The notes under the pieces: generated by a model
What the model was told of the DNA's origin: nothing
Seen by the model: only the letters and a program-made list of their open reading frames with translations
The model's database searches: none
DNA from: Felis catus
Lineage: Eukaryota
Direction: 5' to 3'
NCBI RefSeq assembly: GCF_018350175.1
Contig: NC_058373.1
Location: forward strand, 35,836,001-35,900,000
Length of the DNA: 64,000 nt
In this document: piece by piece, positions 44,461-56,635 of the stretch
How the letters are laid out: each line of letters begins with the position of its first letter
Position numbering within the stretch: the stretch's first letter is position 1
Translations under genes and position numbers: made by a program

Positions 44461-46599
44461 GCAAACCTCAGGCAAACCACCTTCCCTCTTCAAAGGCAAA
44501 ATGGGGTGATTAACTCCTGTCCCAGGAAGTCCTCGGGAGGACTAAACAGAGAACTCCTGGCAAGCGCCCCGCCCAGTCCCCGGCTTCTCTGCCCTCTGAC
44601 ATGCCATCGCCCACCTTCAAAAGGCCATTTTATTTTACGGCTGGTTCTTTGTGAGCAATCCTGTCAATAAGACCTACTTGCATGAAGCCCAGCGAACAGT
44701 TAATGTTATTACTGATGATAAAAGGGAAGCGATGTAGCCGGAAGGGATGAGGCAACAGAGAAAAGAGGTTGAATGTGTGGGAGCTGGTCCCGATGTTGGG
44801 GGGGGGGGGGGGCGGAGCACAGGGGACGCCCAGCCCGCAAGCACAGGGGCAGAGACCAGGTGGTTGTGGGGACCGCAGGTGTGCAGACGGTGCAGGGGCC
44901 ACTTAAGGGCCCCATTTTCCCTGTGGGGTAGGAGGCCGGGCATTGCACTTGGCCTTCTTCAGGAGCCCTGGTGATGGTCGCTTGTCTGTTTCCCAGGTTA
45001 GGCTGTGCGCCTCGGGGAGGCAGGGGCCCTGTCTGTCTTGCTCAGCATTTAGCAGGTGCACAAGGTGATGGGTGCTGAGAAGGGGGGCAGAGGAAACAGG
45101 GAAAGCTTGAAACGGTTGTGGAGGGGATGGGAGATGGGGCCGCCAGCTCACGAGAGGATGGCCAGGTGCCCCGCGGACTGCCGGGAGTGTGGATTTCCTG
45201 CCGGGGGTGTGGATTTCCTGCATGGGCACGTGGCAGTGACAACAGGCGGTCTCGGGGACAACCTCATGTCCGGGGTGAAGAAGGCAGACCTCTGGTTTTA
45301 TCAGACAGGAGTAGTGGGAGGCAAGCAGGGACAAGAGACAGGGGTATGGGCACAAGTGTCAAAGTGTGGGTCCTGCTGCCTGGACAGGAGGAAAAGAGAG
45401 GGTTGGAAGCCTCCGTGACTTGAGGAGGAAACTCAGGTACAGAGAGGGGGGGACCTGGAGGTGACCAGTTGTGGTGGGGTCGCGGGGCGGGGGGGGGGGT
45501 GCTGCTGTCAGGTTGAATTCCAAAGGGAACCTCAAGAGAGGATGACAAGTCCCAGGGGTCCCCACCCTGGCTGATCATCAGAAAGCCAAATCCGGTTCCT
45601 GGCTCTCATTTCTAGAATCTCTGGGACCTGGGAATCTCGTTTTTAAAGCTCCCCAAATGGCACTGACGATCAGCCAGCGCCGGGAATCCCTAACAGTCAG
45701 GGCAGAACTGAGGGCATGGCCCTAGCAGGGAGTGGCAGTGACGGCCATCGGATCTGAAAGGTGTGGGATGCATATGACGCGTGGGTGACAGCAGTGTCAT
45801 TCACGAGGCCCCCGATGTCCCCTGGGACGGTGGCAGGCCTTTGGGAGGAGGAAGACTGATCAGGTGCCAAACCCGGGATGACTGTGGGGGTGTGATCTCA
45901 TAGGGGTGGTGGCCACGAGGAGGTGTACTGAAGGTCTGAGCCTCAGGCATCCCCGGGCAGCACCACTGGTGGCAAAGAATGGAGTGGAGGAAAGAGCAAA
46001 GACCGGCCCACGGAGCAGCCTCCGGAGCCTGCCCGGAGCTACCCGCCAGTGCGCCAGCACTTTGGGGCTTGTACTCCGCACAAAAGAGTACAAAAGGGGG
46101 GAAAGAGGGGAGAACCACGTCTGCCGCGTCCGGACCTCAGCATCCGGCACAGAAGGGCTGGCATCCGTCCCCTGCCCAGCCCTGGGACTGTTTTCCGCTC
46201 CCGTAAGGGTCCTGGCCGGAGGCCTTGAGGAGCTTTTAGTATAAGGCACTTTGTAGCGTTGCGGGCAGTCTGGGGGGCTGATTCTCTGCCCTGGACCTGC
46301 CCCCCATCTGACACCGCGTCATGGGCACTTTTGGACGCGTCTGGGGACAGTGCCCTCGTCACAGACTGGGAGGACCACTTGAGCAGCCTTGGGAGAGAAG
46401 GGCACGGATGGGTGGGGAACGGGGCAGGACAGGAAGAACTGGGCAGGCACGACGTGGTGATGGCAACGTGATGGGGCACTTTGGAGGGAGCCTCAGAAGT
46501 ACTCAGGGAAACTTAGCCGGTGGCCCTGCCCGAGAAGCTGGAGGCAAGAGTGTGTGTGTGCAAAGTGGTGCCCTCCCAGGTACACACCATCTGGTGGGG

Positions 46600-46865
46600 C
46601 CCCAGGACACCGGGATCACATACACACTGTCTACATCACGATCACCTGCCCACCGATCTAAAAATGCAGCTTCCTGGGCTCCACCCCAGACCAACTGTAT
46701 CGGAAACTCTGGTAGTGATGCCAAGAAAGTGGCGTTTTTTTAAGGAGGCTCCACGCCCAACATGGGGCTCGAACTCACGACCCTGAGATCAAGAGTCACG
46801 CACTCTACCTACTGAGCCAGCCAGGCCCCTCTGAAATCTGTACTGTAAACAAGTTCCAAAGGGGG
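46600..46865. mobile_element. MER5A-like element interrupted by a short SINE
   Basis: TAAAAATGCAGCTTCCTGGGCTCCACCCCAGACCAACTGTATCGGAAACTCTGG..GAAATCTGTACTGTAAACAAG. Confidence 0.75.
46735..46829 (-). mobile_element. Short tRNA-Lys(CTT)-like Can-SINE lacking the CT tract
   Basis: The reverse strand of 46754-46826 is a 73-nt tRNA-Lys(CTT)-like sequence followed by TGGAGCCTCCTTAAAAAA. Confidence 0.88.
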
Positions 46866-46919
46866 CCTCATCACTATTCCAACATTTCCCCCACCTTCCT
46901 GTCACCTCTGAAGAAAGTA

Positions 46920-47045
46920 TCATCAGGCCCATTATACAGACGAGGAAACCAGAGCTCAGTGAGGCTAAGTCCCTGGCCCGAGGTCTTGCAGCCGCTAAGC
47001 TGCTGAGTCGGGGTTCAAAGCCAAGTCCTTCCATTCCACTGCCAC
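46920..47045 (-). mobile_element. MIR
   Basis: CCCATTATACAGACGAGGAAACCAGAGCTCAGTGAGGCTAAGT..GGGTTCAAAGCCAAGTC. Confidence 0.85.
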
Positions 47046-48934
47046 TGATGTTCTTTCAGCTACTGTCCTCTGTCAAAGAGGGAGGATGTGATTGGCAGCT
47101 CGAGAGGCGGGGCTGTTGAGACTCCCTGGGGGGTGCAGGCGGTGGGGGGGGGGGGGGGAACCTTGCAACCTTGTCTTGCAACAGCAAAAGCCTCTCTTCA
47201 AATGAAAACTGACACAGGCTCTCAGGATGCAAGAGTGAGAGGGAGAGACTCGGGCTGGGGCCCACTGCAGGACCCAGAGCCGCCCTTTCCAACCCCAGGG
47301 CTGCCCCTGAGGCTTCTTGTCACCAGTCACAGCCGCTCATGGCGCACGCGCGGCCTCCCCAGCAGGAAGAGAAATACACCTGCGGGGAGCCGCGAAGGGG
47401 ACAGCCAGGATCAGGCAACAGGGAGGCTCTGACTGGGGTGAGCCATGCCCCAGGACTCTCTCCCCAGGTGCTCCAAATACAGACCCCATTTCCCCATGCG
47501 ACCCCACAAACAGGGTGGCTTTGTAAGGAGTGTCCCCAATCACTGGGCCTTTGAGCCTGGGGTCCAATCGTACAAAGCAGCCCCCGGCCAAGTCTCTAAA
47601 GAAATCAGGCGGCAGCTCTGAAAACTTTTGAAAGGCTTCCCTTGCTCTAGGACACGTGAGCAGGCAAGGACCTTTGGGAAGGAATATGTGTGGCAGGTTT
47701 CTCGAATACCTTCTTTCAACTCTATCTAAAGAACAGAGGCGCGAGGAAGGAGGGAAGCAGGTGGCAGGGAGGCCAAGTGGTGTGGGGCATGGAGAAGTGC
47801 GTGTCCGCTTCCGGAAAAGAAAAAAACAAAACAAAAGCTTCCTGCCTTTCTGCAGCTGCTTAAATACACAACAGCTGCCCACCTCTGCCTGCCCGCGTCC
47901 CTGCTCCCCGACGATAAACACATTTCCTTCTTTCTCCGCGTCTAAGCACCCAGGAGCCTCCCTTCCTCCTAAGATGCTACCTCCTGGGGCCCAAGCCGAT
48001 GGCTGTGGTGGTCAGGACCCCGTGCCGACACAGCTGCTCAGATGACCCGGCTCCCGGTCCCATCACAGCAAAAGAGATCAACACGTAGGAAAGGAATTGC
48101 ACTCCGCGTCCCTTTGCTCTGGATGTCGTTGTCTTCGTTGCTAATCCACCCCAGCCGGGGCATCTTGAGAGCCCAGACTGGAGAGGAAGGTTCCAGGCGA
48201 TAGCACGCGGCCAGAGCTGTTCAGTGTGGGCTCTCTGGCCATCGCCTCTGGCCCCAGGGTCAGGCCCAACAGCCCAGATGTAGTTGTGACCCAGACAACG
48301 CCCCCCACAACCTGTCCCTGCCCCAGGCTGTCTCCCGCCCTCCTGAGGAGGGACCCAAAGTGAGCTTGGATGGGACCCTGCAGAGCTCTAAGTGGCTCTA
48401 AGCCTGTCCCCAGGGAGGCCTCTGTGGCCGGCACGCCCTGCTGTCCTCCCCGGCACATGCCCTCCCACGGGGCCCAGCCTTGGCTGACTACAGGACTTGA
48501 GCAAGCACAGGACAACCCTGGGCGACAAAGAGGAGGACGGACAGCCAGGGACAGATTGTTATAAATAGGCATGTGTGACTGAGAAGGTCACCAGCCAGAG
48601 TGAAACATGCCAGAAATTCTACAAGAGAGAGACAGATGAAGCTCATCTGAGCATCTCACAACCTCTCCGTCTCAGGGCAGAGAACAGGAGCAGGTTCTAA
48701 GACGGGGCGAGAAGGGGGAGAAGGTGGCCGCGGACCCCTGGCCAGGGCCCGAAAAGGCGCTTCGATGAAAGGGGCACTTTCATATTGCACTGATTTCTTA
48801 AGGCGGCTGGCTTTTCTTGGCGCTCACCAGACTGGCCAACCAATCTGGAGAGCGAGAGGGTCAGGAGGGGCGAGGAGGCCCTTCCGACCCCCGTCCCTTC
48901 GCCCCCTCCGGCTCCTCGGCCTGGCCCGGGGCTG

Positions 48935-49146
48935 TGCCAGCGCATGGCAGGGGAGGGAGATGCCCCCCAGGGAGTATTTGGCCACGTCTAGAGACATTTG
49001 TCACACCCGGCCAGGGGGGGCTCCTGGCATCTCGTGGTTGGAGGCCAGGGATGCCGCTTAATGCTCCCCGACGCAGAGGACAGCCGCCCACGACAGAAGA
49101 TTGCCGGGCCCCAGTTGTGACTAGGGCTGAGGGGAGCAACCCGGGC
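48935..49146 (+). mobile_element. MER20 (hAT-Charlie)
   Basis: TGCCCCCCAGGGAGTATTTGGCCACGTCTAGAGACATTTGTCAC..CTGGCATCTCGTGGTTGGAGGCCAGGGATGCCGCT..AGGACAGCC. Confidence 0.88.
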
Positions 49147-49290
49147 CTGGCCCTCTCCTGCGTCCCCTCCACCTCCAGACCCCACCTCCTTTCCCCTTCA
49201 TTTCCAAGGGCCCTGTTGAGGCACCCAGAGCACACAAGTACTCATAGCTACGCAAATAGCAACTCCTTATTTGCCGTGTTTGCTCAGCCA

Positions 49291-49422
49291 NNNNNNNNNN
49301 NNNNNNNNNNNNNNNNNNNNNNNNNNNNNNNNNNNNNNNNNNNNNNNNNNNNNNNNNNNNNNNNNNNNNNNNNNNNNNNNNNNNNNNNNNNNNNNNNNNN
49401 NNNNNNNNNNNNNNNNNNNNNN
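49291..49422. other. Assembly gap
   Basis: Run of N. Confidence 1.
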
Positions 49423-50769
49423 CCCTTCCCCCAGCCTCACCCCCTCCGTGGGACGCTCCTGCAGAGACAGAGGAACGAATGTGCTCCTGGCGTCCAGCGG
49501 ACCTAATGCCCACCCCTCCACTGAGCAAACACACCGAGGTTAGAGAGGGAGCCTGCTCTCTGGCTAAGTCAACACTCCGGGGAAGCCTGAGCAATTGAAA
49601 AAGGTTACATGCGGGAGGCCGTCCCCCCGGGGCGGGACCAGCGAATAATGATGGTGAGGCAGCCCCAGGCCATCGGCCAAACCCTACATTGGGATCCGCA
49701 GGGAAAGGTCCCCAAGGACTGGGGGTTCGTTGGCTCTGGGTGACCAAGCAGGGAATCCTTCCAACAACCGAGCCCCCGATAACCGAGGGCTTAACGCAGG
49801 TGCCAGACGTTGCGCCCCTTAGAACCAGAAGCTGAGAACTGGGAGGGCCTTTGTGGACCGGCTAATGTGGCCACCATGTTTTCAGGATGAAGACCCAGAA
49901 AAACAGCCTCCGTCTTGGGGCCGGTCCTGGCTGTAAGGGAGTACAGCCACTGGGCACGAGTTCAGAACTGACGACAACCCGCTCTCAGAAAAGCACTCTC
50001 CCTGCCAGCTGGGCTCAAGTCCCTCTAACGGGAGCCAACCCTGAACATGCCACAGCAAAAGGCTTTCAAATGCAGTCCCGGAGAAGGACGGTGACCTCCA
50101 TTCATGTCTGGGGCGAGCGTGGATGTCAGGCTCCTCCCGAGAGCCATCCCGAGGGGCAGAGGGCACAAGGGACAGAAACCAGTAGCCAGGCCTGCACAAG
50201 CCACATGAGTGATGTAAGAGGAAGGCAATGTCTCCCGCAGTCCAGAGAAGGAGCCCAGAGGCACAGAAACAAAACTGCGAAGCTAGTGTGGGATCGAGGC
50301 TCCTGAGGAGCTCTGGTGAGGGTCATGGGCACGGCCACCTCACACGGCTGTGCACCACCCGCCCAGCCGCAGCCAGCAGCTCCGTGGTGAGACCGAACAA
50401 GCCACAGGGCGCTCAGAGACGAGAAATCCGCACGGAGTACTTGGGGCGGCTTTTCCTTGCCCACAGTAAAGCAAATCTAGGCTTAGCTGTACGTTTGGAT
50501 CTGGGCCCATCCCGTGTCTCTAGGTCAACATTAAACAAGTTGCCAGAATCATCGAGGGGGCATTCTAAAAATTAGCTCTGGCCAGCCCTAGTGGCCCGGG
50601 AGCACCAAAATGGTCATTTGCTGAAATTGGTCATTAACATTTTCTACTAACTGCTCTCTCCAAAGACTTGGAAAACGAGGGGGGACCTCCTCAGAAATCA
50701 GCAGTTCTGTAGGCCCTTGTGAAGACCTGGACGCTAAGCTCCAGAAGCTATTCATTGTTAAAAGTACAC

Positions 50770-51366
50770 GGTGGGCGTTTTCTATACGTGGTTGAATGCT
50801 TTTCTTCAACACCAAATCATTCCATTTAGCCAATGCGCCTGCCCAGTCTGTGCCCCCTCGTCTGAGGACCGCCTTCCCACCCATAAAAGTGTCTCTGCCG
50901 TCCTGCACCTGAATGCACCCTGTTGGAACAGAGATGGACACCTGACTCAGGAGAGGCACCCCCATTGGCTGGCCACTGGCCAATCAGACTCTTGCTGCTG
51001 GGAATTTAAGTTTAGACTTTTGGTGTCGGGTCTATGATGGGAGAGATCAGGTCTGGACGGAGGCGAACATTTTTAGACCTGGAGAAGGCCAGTCTCCAGA
51101 GACGAGAATGAAACAGACCTATGGAGAGAGGCTGAGCTAAAAATCCACGCGGTCCCAGAGAGGGAGGGACACAAAGCAAGCTGTCTGGGTCTCTGATGAC
51201 TTTCCAGTAGCTCCACCTTGAGCCTCTTGTGGACACTGCTTGTCATCCCTGCCCTCGGACTCAACAAGTCTCCCGGTAGCCTTCCAACAAATTCATCATC
51301 ATCATCATCATGAAGAGCTAAGTTTATAGTTCTGTTTCTTGTACCGAACAGTTATGGACCAAGACA
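50770..51366 (+). mobile_element. LTR67B-like ERVL solo LTR
   Basis: GATGGACACCTGACTCA..GGCCAATCAGACTCTT..GGGAATTT; AGAATGAAACAGAC; ACTTTCCAGT; ends GACCAAGACA. Confidence 0.7.
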
Positions 51367-51987
51367 CCTGTTAAGAAATCACCTGTTTTCTGGACTGTAC
51401 TTGTGTAACACTGAGTATCTCACCACTTCTTCCTCGCCCTTACATCTAACTTGACGCCTTCCTCTCCTGGTATTTCCGTGTCTTCCTTTTAGTGTTTCCC
51501 ATAATGAGAACCAGCAGGGTGGCTCAGTGATTAGCAGATGATTACGCTGTGTAGCCTAGACTTCCTTCCACACAGTGGTTTGCTTGCTCAGCCTACTTCA
51601 ATGGAGGCTGTTAGCCTATCGGTCAGTCATTAGTCACTCAACAAACATCCATCAAGCTATCTCCCAACCCCAGCAAAGATATGTTGGAACAAACAAACAA
51701 ACTTTACAAGACCACAGAGAAAATGTAGGCACTTTTTTTTTTTTTTCTATTTTCCCATCACAACAGAGGAACAGTTCCGATGTGCTACCAGCCCTAATGC
51801 AGTTAGGATCCACCAGTTACCCCGACAACCCAGCCAGAAGTGTCGAGACAGATTCAACTTTTACTTTGCTAACATGTGGAGGGGTAGTGGCTAATCATTG
51901 CTCATGAAGGGAAATAAACACCAAATCATTAATCCTTAAAAGAAATGAAAACGTAGCTGGACCACCTATAGCATCAAAACTTCCCTA

Positions 51988-52205
51988 GGGGCGGCGCCTG
52001 GGTGGCTCAGTCCATTGAGCGTCTGACTTCGGCTCAGGTCACGATCTCATGGTTCATGAGTTTGAGCCCCGTGTCCGGCTCTGTGCTGACAGCTCCACAG
52101 AGCCTGGAGCCTGCTTCAGATTCTGTCTTCCTCTTTCTCTGTCCCTCCCCCGCTTGTGCTCTGTCTCTAAAATAAATAAACATTAAAAATTTTTTAAAAA
52201 TTTAA
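51988..52205 (+). mobile_element. Can-SINE
   Basis: TSD AAAACTTCCCT at 51976-51986 and 52206-52216. Confidence 0.95.
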
Positions 52206-52591
52206 AAAACTTCCCTGAAGGGCTCACAGCTGCCCTGACCCCAAGCACAGGGGACCTGGAGGGCATCCATCCTGTCCTATTTTTATTGGGTAACTTCTAC
52301 CACGTGATAAGGAATCTCGAGGAGACATCTCCCATCCCCATAAGCTTTAGTATTGTCCTACTTCTCAATTTTATTATTGCTGGAATAAAAATATTATACC
52401 TACTAACATAGTGAGATTAAACTTTGTAAAACCGTCTAACAAATCACTCAGCCTTGCCATTAATGCAGTCAACAGTTCTCTCTTTTTTTTATATATTACC
52501 TTCCATGGGTATTTCCTCATTTGCGTGTTACCTTCCGCGGGTAGCGTTTTTACATCGACAAGACCCTGTAATGCATTTCAGGCTGTAATTT

Positions 52592-52799
52592 TTTTTAATG
52601 TTTATTTATTTTTGAGAGAGAGAGAGAGAGAGAGCAAGCAGGGGAGGGGCAGAGAGAGAGGGAGACACAGAATCCAAAGCAGGCTCCAGGCTCCGAGCTG
52701 TCAGCACAAAACCCGACACGGGGCTTGAACTCACGAACCACGAGATCATGACCTGAGCTGAAGTCAGACACTTAACCTACTGAGCCACCCAGGCACCCC
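52592..52799 (-). mobile_element. Can-SINE (downstream unit of a tandem pair)
   Basis: Antisense SINE. Confidence 0.95.
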
Positions 52800-52800
52800 T

Positions 52801-53023
52801 AAATATTTTTTTTTAATGTTTATTCATTTTTTAGAGAGAGAGAGACAGAGACAGAACATGAGTGGGGGAGGGGCAGAGAGAGAGGGAGACATAGAATCCA
52901 AAGCAGGCTCCAGGCTCTGAGCTGTCAGCACAGAGTCCGACGCGGGGCTTGAACTTGTGAACCACGTGATCATGACCTGAGCCAAAGTCAGATGCTTAAC
53001 AGACTGAGCCACCCAGGTGCCCC
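52801..53023 (-). mobile_element. Can-SINE (upstream unit of a tandem pair)
   Basis: Antisense SINE. TSD CAGGCTGTAATTT flanks the whole pair. Confidence 0.95.
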
Positions 53024-53926
53024 CAGGCTGTAATTTACTGTTTGATCTCATCTGCCACTTTTCTAGGTGTGAGCAGTGTGTCCCAGGCTCGTGTTCCATG
53101 CAAGGCCTCCAACCCCGCTCAGAGCTGTACCCACTTATTACCACATGGAATCATCCCTTTCCCCGGCTCTGCTTCCCCAGTGAGGGGCCTCACGGTGGCT
53201 CATGGGGCCCAACAACAGCTGGGGAGGCCCCTTCCACCTGGGAAAGGCATGGCCACTCCCCCCAGGATGCCCCCACACATCCCATCACCCTCTCTGCCCG
53301 CCGACCCCCACCGCCTTCCTAGGTACGATTGTCCTCGTACGCTCCAGGCGTTCCAGGGGCCATAGCTCTCTTTCCCATCCTTGAACATCAGACCTAACAC
53401 AAAACACAACACCCAGAGGGTGGTGCAAACATTGGGTGAAAGAACGAGTGAAAACATAAACTAATGTTTTCTGATGGACAAATGAGCCATAAAGGCCCCG
53501 GCTTCCTCCTTCTGCCACCTGCTTCTCCCCCGGCCCATGGCTGTCCACCGGGAGCCCTTCAACCTGCCCACACAAGAAGGACCAGGCTGCAGGGATTTGG
53601 GGCTGGCTCAGCTCATGCTGCCTTGACAGAGAAAGACAGCCCAGGACTTTCCGCACCGTTTCCTCTCTCCACTCCTGCCCACCCCCACCCCCACCCCCCA
53701 ATTCCTATCCCAGCTCTACCTTCCACCCCATTCGGGCACTGCCAGTCTCTTGTTCACTTAAAATAGTATCGAGGACTTACTGTATCCCAGATGCAGAGAC
53801 AAACCCTGCCCTCAAGGAGCTCATAGTCAGGTGGAGCACAGATGAATATACACAATAATACAGTCCAGAGAGGAGGTTAGGGAGCCTCGTGACAGAGGAC
53901 GGGGAGCATTTCTGGTCGTTCACACG

Positions 53927-53982
53927 AATGACTTAATGCCCTGTGCTGTGCTCATAATGACTTAATGACCTGTGCTGTGCTC
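53927..53982. repeat. Tandem duplication with a 29-bp period
   Basis: AATGACTTAATG(C/A)CCTGTGCTGTGCTC occurs twice. Confidence 0.9.
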
Positions 53983-54775
53983 GGGTCCCTCAGGGGCCGG
54001 CCACAGGGTCTGACGTTCTGGTCCAGGGGTCCTCCTTCAGGTTAAGCATTGCCCCCTTCCTACGTCTGCCTTCAAAGGTGAATCCTTGGCCCCATAGGAG
54101 TCCCCATGCAGACCCTCGGACTCGGTGGGGATCTGAAGCCCTCCTTCCTCTCTGGAACCGTTAGGGCTACGATAAAGCACACACTTTCCGGGAGTTGAGG
54201 AAGATGTGTGAAGGTGAGAGAGACGCAGGAAAGGGGCCTGGAGGCTCCGAGGCCTCCCTTCCACAGGCAGGGTCATCTCCAGTGGGGGGAACTGAGGTAC
54301 TGGCTGACACATCCGGGTCTCTGCCCCCCCCCCCCTCACCTCCTGACCTCGCGCCCCAGAGAATGTCAGAGGCCTCCTTCCCAGCCATCAGCGGCACTTC
54401 CGATCTGTAAGGAAACCTGGCGCCCTCTAATCTGACCTGCTCAGTTTACAGCTAGAGAAACTGAGCCCAGAGAAAAGTAAAAGGACCAAGTCTCTCTTTC
54501 CCTTTAATTTTGCATTGACTCCGGTTCTGCAAAATGACATTGGGACACGTTGATCTCCTGTGATCAAATAACTCCATCTCTGAGAAGCTCCTCTGCAGAA
54601 ATAACCCTCAGCACGAGAAAAGCTTCGGGCACAAAGGTGGTCATTACAACGTCATTTCGACAAAGAGTGCCGGAAGAAGGGGGCAGGCAAAGTCATTCCC
54701 CTTGATGGAAACCCGGCTGCCACGTATCCACTGAAAAAGTATAATGCAGTCCAGCCTTTAAGACATGGGAAAACA

Positions 54776-54996
54776 TTTTTTATTATTTTTTTAATGTTTA
54801 TTCCTTTTTGAGAAACAGAGAGGGACAGAGCACAAGTGGGGGAGAGGCTGAGAGAGGGGGAGACACAGAATCCGAAGCAGGCTCCAGGCTCCCAGCCGTC
54901 AGCCCAGAGCCCGACGCGGGGCTGGAACTGACGAACCGCGAGATCGTGACCTGAGCTGAAGTCGGACGCTTAACAGACTGAGCCACCCAAGCCCCC
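54776..54996 (-). mobile_element. Can-SINE
   Basis: Antisense head, GA tract and T tail. Confidence 0.95.
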
Positions 54997-55359
54997 CAGT
55001 TTATATTTTTATTCAAGGATGATATTGGGGAACCAATTTATAGGGAAAGGGACGGTAGTTCCCAGCAGCCTGGGCAGCTAAAGTTGCTTCTCATAATTAT
55101 TACGAAGGCCATTGTCAGAGCCACCCTTTCCCTAAATGATCCCATGGGACCCCTGGCTAGACACCAGGTACTCATCAGGATACATTCATCCATTCCCCAA
55201 AACTTTCCTAACGTGGGCACTGTACTCGTTGCTGAAGACACAGGAGTCAACAAGGCAGAAGGAATCCCTGCCCCCTTTGAGCACACTGTTTCATGATGGT
55301 GGCATTAGAAGGATCTGCATACAGCTAGCATCAGCCATGATAAGAGCCACAAAGAATGT

Positions 55360-55829
55360 TCTATCAGTTGAGATCGAGTTTGGCTGCCAGGAAGAGAAAT
55401 CCAACTACAGTGATGAAAACAAGTGAGGGTTCTCTCTCTTACATCCAACAAGTCCAGATGGGGACAGCCTAGGGCTGGAGTGATGGCTCCCACAAAGCCT
55501 GCCAGGGCCCCCACCCTTGCTCCGCTTCTGCTCTGACATAAAAGTATCCTTGATTCCCTTAACAGAAAGGTCTAAGACAGCTGCTAGGGCTCCAGCCACC
55601 ACATCCGCGTCCCAGGCGAAATGCAGGGGAGTGCATTTTGCAAAATGCAAAGAGAAAAAATAGTCCTTTGTCAATTTCTCAGAAACCTTACTCAGCAACT
55701 TCCTAGCTGTCAGGAAGGCTGTAAGAGATAGTCTTTTCAACTGTACACATTGCTTCCCTGTGAAACGGGGATTTGATAAAAGAAGAAGTAATCATGTAGA
55801 TCAGGAAGGAACCAGCAGTCTCTGTCCCA
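55360..55829 (-). mobile_element. MLT1J-like solo LTR (MaLR), inserted in an L2
   Basis: GTTTGGCTGCCAGGAAGAGAAATCCAAC; AAGACAGCTGCTAGGGCTCCAGCCACCACATCC; CCTAGCTGTCAGGAAGGCTG; ends CAGCAGTCTCTGTCCCA. Confidence 0.75.
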
Positions 55830-56459
55830 GATGACGTTGTGAAAACAGAACACAGAGGGATCCAAGCAGGTCAAGGTAGGGGCTCAAGGCCATCACACTG
55901 AAGCTGAGGCCTGAAGAACATGTGAAGCCCGATAAGCAAACGGGTTGGGGAAGAATTCCAGGCAGAGGACCAAGACTGAACCCGAGAGGACAACTCTGAT
56001 GGGAAGTCAGTGAATCCGCAGGGAGAACACTGAGGTGGGGCCAGGAGACCTGGCTTCGTGTTGTGACGCTGCAGGAACATCCCATCCCCTTCGGAGCCTC
56101 TCTGGCTGTAAAGTGAGCAGTGCACGCTCAGATCCCTGAAATATTCAGGAGGGCCTCTGCTAGGTTACACGGGGGCAGGGAGAGGGCACGCCACCCGAGG
56201 CCACAGCCCCACTCGGTTTTCGGACAAGACGGACGGAGGAAGCCCAATGCGGTGTGACAGCTGTAAGAGGAGACCTGGCCCAGGCAAGGCAATCCAGCCC
56301 CGCTGCAGGGTTCAGGGGAGTTCACATCCACGCACCGTCAGCCTCGCCTGGACCCTGGGACACCGGGCTGCAGAGCCAGAGGCCCCTACAGGGGTGGACA
56401 GAGCGGCGGCCGGTGTCTCCGCAGGCCTCGACTGGGACATGCTTCTTGAAGGAGGACTG

Positions 56460-56635
56460 GGGAGAGCCACCACTTGGGAAGCTCCTTCTGCGCGCCAGGC
56501 GCTGTGCGGCTTTGCTCTTATCCTCCCCTGCCGTCCTCCGCGTGATCACTCCCTCGGGCTCGGCATTCGTTATTCCCACTTCACAGATGGGAAAGCTGAG
56601 GCTAGGGGGGTAAAGCAACTTGTCCACACGACAAG
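56460..56635 (-). mobile_element. MIR, CpG-enriched
   Basis: TTATTCCCACTTCACAGATGGGAAAGCTGAGGCTAGGGGGGTAAAGCAACTTGTCCA. Confidence 0.8.

Noticed and set aside
46754-46826. Functional tRNA-Lys gene
   Set aside because: Stem mismatches, a SINE-type A tail instead of a T-run terminator, and insertion inside MER5A.
48817-49747. 229-aa and 208-aa ORFs, and similarly 6155-6775
   Set aside because: Inflated by N-gaps, and the 229-aa ORF also overlaps MER20.
54420-54433. CTCF-like motif (TAGAGGGCGC on the minus strand)
   Set aside because: Only the right half matches, which is insufficient alone.
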